Of a DNA stretch of 64,000 nucleotides, positions 18,865 to 28,131 are shown one piece after another. The first letter of the stretch is position 1; each line of letters opens with the position of its first letter. Source of the stretch: Bacteroidota bacterium. GTDB lineage: Bacteria > Bacteroidota > Bacteroidia > Sphingobacteriales > Sphingobacteriaceae. The stretch lies in NCBI GenBank assembly GCA_048498695.1, contig JBEHXM010000001.1, positions 19,940 to 83,939 of the forward strand, written 5' to 3'. Under the pieces are notes generated by a model, which saw only the letters and a list, made by a program, of their open reading frames with translations, was not told where the DNA came from and did not search any database. Made by a program: the position numbers and the translations under genes.

Positions 18865-19986
18865 ATGACTGAGCAGATTAAAAAAACCAGGTTACGTTCC
18901 CTCGATGCGTTTCGGGGGCTTACCATTGCGGCGATGATCGTCGTCAACTCACCCGGCGATTGGGAACATGTATTTCCTCCTTTGAGACATTCTGAGTGGA
19001 ATGGCTGTACGCCGACCGATCTCGTATTCCCGTGCTTCATATTTATGATGGGATTGTCCATCGTGTTTGCTTTTTCATCTAAAAGAACAGACCCGAAGCT
19101 GCATGGCGGCATCATCATGAAAGCATTCCGGCGTATGCTGATCATTGTCGGCATAGGCCTTGCGCTGCAACTTATCCATCGTTTTGACTTCTCGCAATTA
19201 AGATTCCCGGGCGTGTTGCAAAGGATCGGCGTGGTGTATTTTATTGCTACCTGTTTATATATCAAACTTCCTGCAAAGAGTCTTTACGCTATAGCCGCCA
19301 CCATCCTGGTGTTATATTATGGTGTAGTATGCCTTTTCCCACCGGCAGGGCTAAGTGCTGTAACGCCTACTGAAAACGCCAGCGCCTGGTTTGATCATTT
19401 AGTTTTGTCACCTGGCCATTTAGCAAAGTTTGCTTACACCGACCCGTGCGGGATATTGGGCACCTTTCCGGCTGTTGTTACTGCGATGATCGGCATATTC
19501 GTGGGCCTTACACTCAAAAACGACAATCTGTCTGTTGAACGAAAAACCGTCAATTTATTGATAGGCGGAAATGTCCTGATCCTGGCCGGACTGATCTTCA
19601 GCCTGGTCTTTCCGTTTAACAAGCCCTTATGGTCAAGTTCTTATGTGCTTTATGCCGGCGGTATATGCACTGTAGGCTTCGCAATTTTTTACTGGATTAT
19701 TGATGTTAAAGGTAAGTTCAGCAAATCATGGCTGTTAAGCGTACTTGGGATCAATGCTATAACTGCATATGTGCTTTCAGAATCTTTACCAGGCCTGCTG
19801 CTTAACAGGGTGAAGATAAGCGATCAGGGCAAAGGGGCCCGTGGTATGAAAATATTTGATCAGTTTGTTTTTTCAAAAGTTTTTACTCCTGAATGGTCAT
19901 CACTTTTAACTGCTATTCTTTTGCTATTGCTGATATGGGGATTGATGTATATCCTCTATAAAAAACAATGGATCATCAAGATCTAA
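18865..19986 (+). CDS. Heparan-alpha-glucosaminide N-acetyltransferase-like membrane protein (NagX/DUF5009-like)
   Basis: RLRSLDAFRGLTI, DLVFPCFIF, PGVLQRIG, DPCGILGT, PFNKPLWSSSY motifs. Confidence 0.88.
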   Translation: MTEQIKKTRLRSLDAFRGLTIAAMIVVNSPGDWEHVFPPLRHSEWNGCTPTDLVFPCFIFMMGLSIVFAFSSKRTDPKLHGGIIMKAFRRMLIIVGIGLALQLIHRFDFSQLRFPGVLQRIGVVYFIATCLYIKLPAKSLYAIAATILVLYYGVVCLFPPAGLSAVTPTENASAWFDHLVLSPGHLAKFAYTDPCGILGTFPAVVTAMIGIFVGLTLKNDNLSVERKTVNLLIGGNVLILAGLIFSLVFPFNKPLWSSSYVLYAGGICTVGFAIFYWIIDVKGKFSKSWLLSVLGINAITAYVLSESLPGLLLNRVKISDQGKGARGMKIFDQFVFSKVFTPEWSSLLTAILLLLLIWGLMYILYKKQWIIKI

Positions 19987-20011
19987 CCAGCCTCAATATC
20001 TTTCCTAAAAT

Positions 20012-20046
20012 AAAAGCGCCACTCCGGTTTTAACGGTAGTGGCGCT
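20012..20046 (-). terminator. Terminator between convergent HGSNAT-like and susD genes
   Basis: AGCGCCACT/AGTGGCGCT stem with an A-run on the left. Confidence 0.7.
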
Positions 20047-20076
20047 GGATAAACATCAATCAACTAAAAATATTAT

Positions 20077-21711
20077 TTAATAACCTGGGTTTTGGTCTAA
20101 TTTGGCGTCTTTGTTCAGGTTGATCTCCGACTGAGGGATGGGTAATAACAAGTTCTTTTCTGTAAGCCCGGTAATTTTCTGCCCGCGGCCAACTACCCGT
20201 TGAAGCAAAGTTTTAGTCCGCATCAGGGTCATACGACGATTTTCCTCGGCAATCAGCTCTCTTACCCTTTCATCCAGTATAAAATCCATTGTTATCTGGG
20301 CTGAGGTAACCTGCGCTGCATTTGCCCTTGTCCTCAGTACATTGATGGATTCGGCCGCTCCGGCTTTATTCCCCTGTTTAAATTGTGCTTCCGCTTTTAG
20401 TAAATAGGTTTCTCCCAACCTCATTATGATAAAATCCTTGATCATACTGCTACCAAATGAATCATTGGGGTCAAACTGGTCCCATTTATTGGTTTTTGGA
20501 ACAATATTACGATTGGTATCAATCCCAGGCCCTGCAACCAGTTTTCCATAATCCGGAGAAGATGGGTCGTTGTAGTAGTATTTCCGGCGTATGTTATACT
20601 TTGAATTACGCATATCATTGGGGCCATAGAGGTTTAAAACAAAATAGGTTAATGCCATCCTGCTTATTCCCCTTCCGCCTAAGCTATCGCACAATAGCAT
20701 ACCCGGCGTGTTATAATATCTGCTGCCCCATGCTCTTCTGTGCTGGGAACCTAGGAAGCGGTAACCCGGAAATTTGTCCTGGCGGTCGGGCCCGGCACCA
20801 TTGGGTACCGATGCCGGATTTTCAGTTTCTTCTACCCAGATAGCCTCGGTATTACCCTGGGTACGCCGCTGATTTCCAAAAATAAACATGTCCGAAAAAG
20901 GATCGCCCGGCTGTGAGGCATGTACACCATAACGGGCTGTTATTAATTGAAATTTACCACTGTTAATGATGGTATTGCACTCTGCTTCAGCTTCAGCGTC
21001 TTTACCTCCTATGCGTAAATAAGCTTCCGCCAATAATTGTGAGGCCATAGATTTGTTTGGAAGTGATTTAGCCTCCAGGTCATCAATTGAAGGTGCGTTT
21101 ACCTTCGCAAAATTAAGGTCAGCCACAATAAGGTCATTAATGTCCTTTATGGGTGCTCTTACAAAATTTGTTTTAGGGCCTGTTATCGGCTCAGTCACCT
21201 TAGGGACACCACCAAACAGCGTAGCAAGGTAATTATAAGCCAAAGCTCTGTAAAACATAGCCTGGGCTTTGATCTTATTTCTGAAACTGGTTCCGGCCTG
21301 TATGGATGGTTTGTCGATATTGGCAAGTACCACGTTAGAGTTGTTAATGATATTATATGCCCATTGCCATACAAAAGCAACAGAAACATCAGCCGAAGAT
21401 AACTTTTCGTAATTGGTGTAGGGGATTGACATTGGGTCCAGGTCATCCGGAGCTTTATTATAAGCCACATCAGTACCCATTTGCCATACACACAGGAAAC
21501 CCTGGTTGCCATTCTGATCTTCGTTCATTGTATTCCAAAGAGAATACTGGCTTTGCAGACCCACAATGCTGGCCTCAAACGCTAATGAATCATTCAAAGC
21601 TTCAGGCGTAAATTTTGAATAGACCTTCTCCGTAAGAAAATCCTTTTTACAGGCCGGCAACATAATAGCCGCGGCCATGATCACGATCAATATATATTTA
21701 TACTTTTTCAT
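20077..21711 (-). CDS. SusD/RagB-family lipoprotein
   Basis: Lipobox LPAC, TPR-like N-terminal region, MRLGETYLLKAEA, DERVRELIAE motifs. Confidence 0.93.
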   Translation of the reverse strand: MKKYKYILIVIMAAAIMLPACKKDFLTEKVYSKFTPEALNDSLAFEASIVGLQSQYSLWNTMNEDQNGNQGFLCVWQMGTDVAYNKAPDDLDPMSIPYTNYEKLSSADVSVAFVWQWAYNIINNSNVVLANIDKPSIQAGTSFRNKIKAQAMFYRALAYNYLATLFGGVPKVTEPITGPKTNFVRAPIKDINDLIVADLNFAKVNAPSIDDLEAKSLPNKSMASQLLAEAYLRIGGKDAEAEAECNTIINSGKFQLITARYGVHASQPGDPFSDMFIFGNQRRTQGNTEAIWVEETENPASVPNGAGPDRQDKFPGYRFLGSQHRRAWGSRYYNTPGMLLCDSLGGRGISRMALTYFVLNLYGPNDMRNSKYNIRRKYYYNDPSSPDYGKLVAGPGIDTNRNIVPKTNKWDQFDPNDSFGSSMIKDFIIMRLGETYLLKAEAQFKQGNKAGAAESINVLRTRANAAQVTSAQITMDFILDERVRELIAEENRRMTLMRTKTLLQRVVGRGQKITGLTEKNLLLPIPQSEINLNKDAKLDQNPGY

Positions 21712-21721
21712 ATCAATTGAA

Positions 21722-24700
21722 TTAGCGAAGTGTAATATTAGCGCCTAAAATAAATGAGCGCACCAACGGATAGTTATTCTGGGTATCTCCTGTTATAGCA
21801 TAACTGGCTTCCGGGTCCCATCCAACCCATTTGGTGAATGTGGCCAGGTTTCTACCGGTAATGTACAGGGAGGCTCCTCCTATTTTTAACTTTTCAGCTA
21901 ACTTCTTTGAAAAATTATAACTGAACGTCACATCTTTGATCCTGGTGAAACTAGCATCCTCAGGATAACCATATCCACGGAAGTTGACGTAGGTAAGCTT
22001 AGGCCGTAAGTTGCTTTGATTAGTCGCTGTCCAGTATCCCAAACCGGCCGGCAGATTTTCCCTTCCGCCATAGTCCACAAAATCTATTATCCGGTTATCA
22101 AGCAAAACGCCCTGCACAGTCTGAATGAATATGCTCAGGTTAAGATTCTTATAGTGGAAGGTGTTGGTGATACCACCGGTCCATTTAGGAGTGGTCTGAC
22201 CGAGGATCATTTGATCTTTACCGTCAGTAGTGATCGTCTTACTTCCATCCAGATCAGCAAACTTCAGATCGCCTGGTGTTGCTCCGGGATCCTGGTTGGC
22301 AGGATCTTCTCCTACTTTCCAAACACCAGTTTGTTTATAGTCATAAACTACATTTACCGGGTGACCAATAAACAACCTGTTTCCAATATCGTCCTTTTTA
22401 TCACCGTATAGATCGACGATCTTATTGGTATTAGCCGAATAATTTAAGCTGGTTTCCCATCTAAAATTTGTACTCTGAACATTTTGAGTTTTCAGGGTTA
22501 GCTCAAAACCGGTGTTTGATACCTTTCCGATATTTGAAACTGTTTGATTATAACCTGTAGCTGTTGGCAGCGCACGATAAAGTACCAGGTCTTTGGTGTG
22601 TGTGTTATAAGTTTCGATGGTACCGCTGATCCGGTTATTTAATATAGCAAAATCCAGGGCTATATTACTACCATAAGTGCTTTCCCATTTCAAATTTTCG
22701 TTACCCAATACATCTGCTATTACGCCGGTGGTTGGCCTGCCATTTGATGGGATGGAAATGGTTGTAAAAGAAGATATCGTTGAGTTCGGAATTACAGCCG
22801 ATTGATTGCCGGATAATCCGTAAGAGCCTCTCAGCTTTAAGTTGTTAATGAATTTTACATCATTCATAAAGCTTTCGTTACTAATATTCCAGCCAAGGGC
22901 AATGGAAGGGAAGAGACCATATTTGTTGGTATTAGAACCAAATGGCGAATAGCCATCACGGCGGGCTGTAGCGGTTATTAAATAACGGCTGTCAAAGGAG
23001 TAATTTACCCTCAGCATCTGCGATATCATATTTGTGGTAATTGCCTCAGACTGGCCGGATATTGTACTGGCTCCCTGTACCGCATTAAATAATAAAGCAT
23101 CGTTGATAAACCCGGATGCATTAATGGTTGATGCAAATTCTTTATTTTCCTGTGAACTATACAAGGCGGTCACATCAAGGTGACTTTTACCCCAGTTTTT
23201 GTCATAGGTCAATATATTTTCAATGATCCAATTTTTCCTTTCCGTATTGTCTATCTCGGCTGTTCCGCCTGCTATATCGCCTGCCAAACGGCCCTGGTAG
23301 CTTTGGGCAAGGGAAGGCAAATAAGTATACCCGGCGTTAATTCGGTATTTTAAACCCGGTAAAGGCTTTAATTCGGCATATACATTGGTGATCAAATTCT
23401 GCCGCCTGGAGTTCCTGGTGGTGATGGTACCCAGCATAGGGCTTTGCAGTGCTTCTTCTCCTTCCATCGGGAAAATAGCATAAGTTCCGTCAGGATTTTT
23501 GTACCTGCCGTAAGGGCTGATTTCTTCTGCAAGAGCAAGACTTGCCCGGCCGCCGTCATTGTTAGTGGTTGCCATGTATAAATTTACCCCTGCATTCAGG
23601 TAATCAGTAATTGTAGCGTCAATATTTGAACGAATGCTTCCGCGCTTGGTCTGGTAACCCAACAGTACTCCCTTTTCGCTGAAATAATCACCGGCAACAT
23701 AGTATTTAACATCCTTGTTGCCGCCGGAAACACTCAGGGTATGATCTTGAATAAATCCGTTTTGTGATACCTTTTTCAGCCAGTCGGTGGTGGTATTAGT
23801 TGCATAATTGGCTTGCTCATAAGCATTAGGCACAGGAAAATCATTCTCAACTCCAGCCTGCTCTTTCCAGTCTGCATATTTCTTTACATATTCTGCCGGG
23901 CCCATCGGTTTTAAAACATGCGCCATGTCTTCAAAACCCGCATAGGTACTCAGCGTAATAGCGGCCTTCCCTGTTTTCCCACGCTTGGTGGTGATCAGTA
24001 TAACCCCATTGGCACCCCTGGTACCGTAAATAGCTACCGAAGAAACATCCTTTAAAATGTCGATGGATGCAATATCAGCGGTATTAATATCACTCAATGA
24101 GCCTCCTTCGAAGGGATTGCCATCGATAACGATCAGTGGATCGGTATTGCCATTGATTGAATTGATACCCCGAACGACAATGCCAGGTGAACTTCCGGGA
24201 ATATTGTTACCATCTGTTATGGTCACACCTGCAACTGTGCCTTCAATCGCTTTCAAAACGTTACTTGTCGGAATCTCTGACAAGCGTTCTTTAGGGACGG
24301 ATGAAATAGACCCGGTAAGGTCGGACCGTTTGGATGTACCGTACCCAACTACAACTACCTCGGCAAGTGATTTATTAATCGCTGTAAGGCTGATGGTCAG
24401 TGGGCGGTTGTCGGTCGGCTTTAGGGTGACCGTTCTGTAATTGATCATGCTGACCTGGAGTGTTCCTCCGTCTGGTACATTGATTTTGAAACTACCGTCT
24501 ACATCGGTAATAGTTCCCGTTGAACTGCTTTTTACTGCTACAGTTGCGCCCCCCAGGGGAGAATTGTTGGCACTGTCGATGATTTTTCCCGTAATTAATC
24601 TTCCCTGGGCGTATGCCTGGTTAACTGGAAAAACGATCATCGATAACAGGATACAGGCGAATACATACATACCTAGCTGCAGTAGTCGTCCCGATTTTTT

Positions 24701-24724
24701 TGAGTTGAGTCGATGTTTTACCAT
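21722..24724 (-). CDS. SusC/RagA-family TonB-dependent transporter
   Basis: VVVGYGT, DILKDVSSVAIYGTRGANGVILITTK, KWESTYG, terminal GANITLR. Confidence 0.95.
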   Translation of the reverse strand: MVKHRLNSKKSGRLLQLGMYVFACILLSMIVFPVNQAYAQGRLITGKIIDSANNSPLGGATVAVKSSSTGTITDVDGSFKINVPDGGTLQVSMINYRTVTLKPTDNRPLTISLTAINKSLAEVVVVGYGTSKRSDLTGSISSVPKERLSEIPTSNVLKAIEGTVAGVTITDGNNIPGSSPGIVVRGINSINGNTDPLIVIDGNPFEGGSLSDINTADIASIDILKDVSSVAIYGTRGANGVILITTKRGKTGKAAITLSTYAGFEDMAHVLKPMGPAEYVKKYADWKEQAGVENDFPVPNAYEQANYATNTTTDWLKKVSQNGFIQDHTLSVSGGNKDVKYYVAGDYFSEKGVLLGYQTKRGSIRSNIDATITDYLNAGVNLYMATTNNDGGRASLALAEEISPYGRYKNPDGTYAIFPMEGEEALQSPMLGTITTRNSRRQNLITNVYAELKPLPGLKYRINAGYTYLPSLAQSYQGRLAGDIAGGTAEIDNTERKNWIIENILTYDKNWGKSHLDVTALYSSQENKEFASTINASGFINDALLFNAVQGASTISGQSEAITTNMISQMLRVNYSFDSRYLITATARRDGYSPFGSNTNKYGLFPSIALGWNISNESFMNDVKFINNLKLRGSYGLSGNQSAVIPNSTISSFTTISIPSNGRPTTGVIADVLGNENLKWESTYGSNIALDFAILNNRISGTIETYNTHTKDLVLYRALPTATGYNQTVSNIGKVSNTGFELTLKTQNVQSTNFRWETSLNYSANTNKIVDLYGDKKDDIGNRLFIGHPVNVVYDYKQTGVWKVGEDPANQDPGATPGDLKFADLDGSKTITTDGKDQMILGQTTPKWTGGITNTFHYKNLNLSIFIQTVQGVLLDNRIIDFVDYGGRENLPAGLGYWTATNQSNLRPKLTYVNFRGYGYPEDASFTRIKDVTFSYNFSKKLAEKLKIGGASLYITGRNLATFTKWVGWDPEASYAITGDTQNNYPLVRSFILGANITLR

Positions 24725-24765
24725 AATTGATTAGTAAGCGTTTGGTTGATAATTGGTTTTTGATT

Positions 24766-24783
24766 AACGTTAACGTACACGTT
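24766..24783. promoter_or_regulatory. LacI-type operator 3 (susC)
   Basis: AACGTTAACGTACACGTT, 2 mismatches to operator 1. Confidence 0.75.
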
Positions 24784-24787
24784 ATAG

Positions 24788-24817
24788 CAAAATTATATAT
24801 TTATCGATAACTTCAAA
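24788..24817 (-). promoter_or_regulatory. Bacteroidetes primary-sigma promoter for susCD
   Basis: Minus strand TTTG, 18 nt, TAATTTTG; same geometry as the GH20 promoter. Confidence 0.7.
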
Positions 24818-24898
24818 ATATTTTTGAAATAAAAAATGCTTGAAAATCAACTTAATGGCGTGTAACCTCATCATTTTAATTAAAAAAACATATTTTTA

Positions 24899-24916
24899 AA
24901 CGTTAACGTACACGTA
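24899..24916. promoter_or_regulatory. LacI-type operator 4 (MFS transporter)
   Basis: AACGTTAACGTACACGTA. Confidence 0.7.
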
Positions 24917-25035
24917 AAATAAGTGAATTTCACTATCTTACACCGGATTTGGCAAACTTGCTTAGTCTGAATCGGGGTAGATGTATTTGTGTAAACCGCT
25001 TTTATATTTTTATAAAAAACTTAATCAGGTGCTAA

Positions 25036-26337
25036 ATGAATCTGGAGTCTTCTAACAGAACTGTTCCATTACTTACCATTTGCGTGGTGTTTTTCGTCCT
25101 CGGTTTTGCAACATGGATCAATGCCATGCTTATTCCTTTCTTCAAAGTAGCCTGCCAACTGACGAATTTTGAATCCTATTTCGTGACGTTCGCATTTTAC
25201 ATTTCTTACCTGGTGATTGCTCTTCCTGCGTCATTCTTATTAAAGCGCACAGGTTTTAAAATCGGGATCATGATCGGGCTTGCAGCTATGTCTGCAGGAG
25301 CACTCGTCTTTATTCCTGCAGCCGTCATGCGGTCATACCCCATATTCTTGCTGGGCTTATTTATTATAGGCACAGGGCTGGCTATTTTGCAAACCGCAGC
25401 CAACCCTTATGTGACCATGCTGGGAAGTCCGGAGCGGGCTGCGCAAAGGATCAGCATAATGGGGATTTGTAACAAGACGGCCGGGATAATGGCACCTTTA
25501 ATACTTGCGGCACTGATCATTAAGCCTAATGACAGCGAATTGTTCAAATCTATCCCACATTTGGATGACGTTCAGAGGGAAATCGTTTTGAATGGTATTA
25601 TACAGCGGGTTATATATCCCTATGCTGTAGTGGCTATCGTCCTCGCGGCTCTGAGCGCGTTGATTTATTTTTCGCCCCTGCCGGAAATTGACGACACAGC
25701 CGCACCGGAACGTTCAGAAAATGGTCAGGCACGGGACACCATATTTCAATACCCACACCTTATTTTAGGGGCAATTGCAATTTTCTTTCATGTCGGTTCG
25801 CAGATCATAGCCATCGACACTATTATTCCATATGCACAAAGTCTCGGTTACTCTATTTCTGCAGCAAAGGCATTTCCTTCGTTTACATTAATGGCGACTA
25901 TAATCGGCTACCTTATGGGCATCATTTTTATCCCAAAGGGGGTATCACAAAATCAGGCATTACAAATTTGTACGGTGCTGGGGCTACTCCTGTCAATTAT
26001 GGTGAACCTCACCGCAAGTAAAATTAATTTGTTCGGCACCGCCATCGAACTTCCCCTGGTATTCTTAATTAGTCTCGGCTTTGCTAACTCAATGATATGG
26101 GCCGGTATCTGGCCTCTTGCGCTTAAAGGCCTGGGAAAACATTTGAAGGTGGGTGCATCCATACTGATACTCGGTCTTTGTGGCAATGCCCTCCTTCCTT
26201 TACTTTATGGGTACATTGCCGATAAATGCAGTTTAAAAGTAGGGTATTTGATCCTGCTTCCCTGCTATTGTTATTTGATTTTCTATGCATTTTACGGCCA
26301 TAAGATTAAGGCATCGCCATTGCGCAGCAATCAATAA
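25036..26337 (+). CDS. MFS sugar transporter (FucP/GluP/NagP family)
   Basis: LQTAANPYVTMLG, FHVGSQI, GFANSMIWAGIWP motifs; multiple TM helices. Confidence 0.9.
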   Translation: MNLESSNRTVPLLTICVVFFVLGFATWINAMLIPFFKVACQLTNFESYFVTFAFYISYLVIALPASFLLKRTGFKIGIMIGLAAMSAGALVFIPAAVMRSYPIFLLGLFIIGTGLAILQTAANPYVTMLGSPERAAQRISIMGICNKTAGIMAPLILAALIIKPNDSELFKSIPHLDDVQREIVLNGIIQRVIYPYAVVAIVLAALSALIYFSPLPEIDDTAAPERSENGQARDTIFQYPHLILGAIAIFFHVGSQIIAIDTIIPYAQSLGYSISAAKAFPSFTLMATIIGYLMGIIFIPKGVSQNQALQICTVLGLLLSIMVNLTASKINLFGTAIELPLVFLISLGFANSMIWAGIWPLALKGLGKHLKVGASILILGLCGNALLPLLYGYIADKCSLKVGYLILLPCYCYLIFYAFYGHKIKASPLRSNQ

Positions 26338-26492
26338 TACGTGCCGACGACTAAGCCAAAAGAGCGTTATCTAGAAATTTAGTTTGAATTAATTTTCGTG
26401 AACCGGCAGTTTAGACAAAACAGGATTGGAGGCATTCCTGGTACCTAAAAAATGTAAATGCCAACTAAGACAAGCTTAAACTTTATCAGGAC

Positions 26493-26524
26493 AAAAAAGG
26501 CTTTACAAAAATTTGCAAAGCCTT
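26493..26524 (-). terminator. Intrinsic terminator downstream of tRNA 3' fragment copy 2
   Basis: AAGGCTTT/AAAGCCTT stem with an A-run on the left. Confidence 0.65.
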
Positions 26525-26534
26525 GATTGTCAAA

Positions 26535-26579
26535 GTGGAGAATATCGGAGTCGAACCGATGACCTCTTGCATGCCATAC
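26535..26579 (-). repeat. tRNA-Ala(GGC) 3'-half direct repeat, copy 2 (att-like)
   Basis: Minus strand gtATGGCATGCAAGAGGTCATCGGTTCGACTCCGATATTCTCCAC; U70 and discriminator A fit alanine identity; no 5' half. Confidence 0.9.
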
Positions 26580-26881
26580 TTTTAACTACTTTACAATTAT
26601 TTGATTTTTCTCGCCGGAATTGCTATGTATCAATTAATTAAGTAAAACTAATTGCTTGTAAATATTTTATTTCGAATCAATTAACTTTATCGGTGCTTTA
26701 TCACATGCTTGAAAAAGTCGTGCTTCTTGCATGCCGATTACTATCGCGGAACAACTAATATATCGCGTTATGAAGATATACGCCGTAAAGCCCGATGACG
26801 CGATGCTGTCGGGATGCCCTTGTTTACCTACAGAAATTCATCGCAGGGGGGAATTATGCTAAATCAATAACAGCCTGTTGC

Positions 26882-27922
26882 TTATTCCGCATTTAAAATA
26901 ACCTTCAAAGCCTTTTCCTCAGCAGCACGTTCAAAAGTGTCATAAGCCGCGACAATTTCTTCTAATTTAAAGTGGTGTGTGATGAGCTGCCTGGGTTGAA
27001 TTTTCTTTGACTGCACAGTTTTAAATAACATCGGCGTGCTTACAGTATCTACAAGCCTGGTGGTGATCGTTATATTTTTCGACCATAACGTTTCCAAGTG
27101 AAGGCTGGCGTTTTTCCCGTGGACGCCAATATTGGCGATATGACCTCCTGGGCCTATGATGGATTCGCACATTTCGAATGTTGCAGGAATGCCCACTGCT
27201 TCAATAGCCACGTCAACACCAGTGCCATTGGTCAGTGACAATATCTTTTCCAGAACATTTACGGTACTGCTGTTAATTGTCTGCGTTGCCCCAAATGATC
27301 TTGCCACTTCAAGGCGGTTTTCATCCAGGTCGATCATGATGATTTCGGCGGGCGTATAGAATTGGGCGGTTAATAAAGTTGCGAGTCCTATCGGGCCAGC
27401 GCCAACAATGGCAACGGTGTCACCGGGCTTCACCTGCCCGTTCAAAACGCCGCATTCAAAACCCGTCGGTAAAATATCGCTCAGCATGACTAAAGCTTCT
27501 TCGTCAGAACCGGCGGGAATCGGATACAAACTATTGTCAGCGTGAGGAATGCGGACATACCCCGCTTGGGTGCCATCGATCAGGTGTCCCAGAATCCAAC
27601 CTCCGTTTTCGCAATGCGAATACATCCCTTTCTTGCAGTAGGCACATTTTCCGCAGGAAGTGATGCAGGATATGATCACATGATCGCCTTTTTTAAAATT
27701 GCTGACAGCGCTTCCTGTTTCTTCTATGATGCCAACACCTTCGTGGCCTAGAATCCTGCCATCAGTCACTTCAGGCACATCGCCTTTCATAATATGCAGG
27801 TCAGTCCCGCAGATGGTTGTCTTCGTAATTTTGATGACCGCGTCTGTAGGTAATTCAATTTTTGGTTTTGGTTTTTCTTCCCAGGCCATTTTCCCGGCCC
27901 CGTGATATACTAATGCTTTCAT
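26882..27922 (-). CDS. Zinc-dependent alcohol dehydrogenase (MDR family)
   Basis: CGTDLH, GHEGVG, CGKCAYC, GAGPIG; start MKALVYHG supported by a promoter at 27943-27950. Confidence 0.92.
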   Translation of the reverse strand: MKALVYHGAGKMAWEEKPKPKIELPTDAVIKITKTTICGTDLHIMKGDVPEVTDGRILGHEGVGIIEETGSAVSNFKKGDHVIISCITSCGKCAYCKKGMYSHCENGGWILGHLIDGTQAGYVRIPHADNSLYPIPAGSDEEALVMLSDILPTGFECGVLNGQVKPGDTVAIVGAGPIGLATLLTAQFYTPAEIIMIDLDENRLEVARSFGATQTINSSTVNVLEKILSLTNGTGVDVAIEAVGIPATFEMCESIIGPGGHIANIGVHGKNASLHLETLWSKNITITTRLVDTVSTPMLFKTVQSKKIQPRQLITHHFKLEEIVAAYDTFERAAEEKALKVILNAE

Positions 27923-27942
27923 ATTTTCGAGATTTATTTCCT

Positions 27943-28007
27943 CAAAATTGCCATGAATCTGCATGAATTAAAATGACTCAGGACATGCACATAAGTGACC
28001 TTGGTCA
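27943..28007 (-). promoter_or_regulatory. Paired TGAY-N4-RTCA boxes (27974, 27996) + -7 element for adh
   Basis: TGACTCAGGACA and TGACCTTGGTCA 22 bp apart; CAATTTTG on the minus strand 23 nt from the proximal box. Confidence 0.7.
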
Positions 28008-28047
28008 AGCTCTTAATTTTAAGGTTTGCTTGCCCTGTGATCAAAAC

Positions 28048-28112
28048 TGACTAAGATCATTTATTCCACTGACGGCAATCAGCAAGCCGCTTTGAGAGGT
28101 GAATTAACTTTG
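28048..28112 (+). promoter_or_regulatory. Paired boxes (28048, 28070) + -7 element for hyp-pta-ackA
   Basis: TGACTAAGATCA and TGACGGCAATCA; TAACTTTG at 28105. Confidence 0.75.
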
Positions 28113-28131
28113 TGGTATAAAATTAGAAATC

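Larger units (their letters stand above)
13034..26579. mobile_element. tRNA-Ala-integrated genomic island carrying a sugar utilization locus (no integrase inside)
   Basis: Bounded by 45-bp tRNA 3' direct repeats; self-contained regulon as cargo. Confidence 0.7.

Noticed and set aside
18834-19265. 143-aa minus-strand ORF
   Set aside because: Antisense to the HGSNAT-like gene; no motif.
27923-27964. N-terminal extension of adh
   Set aside because: Overlaps the predicted -7 promoter element at 27943-27950.
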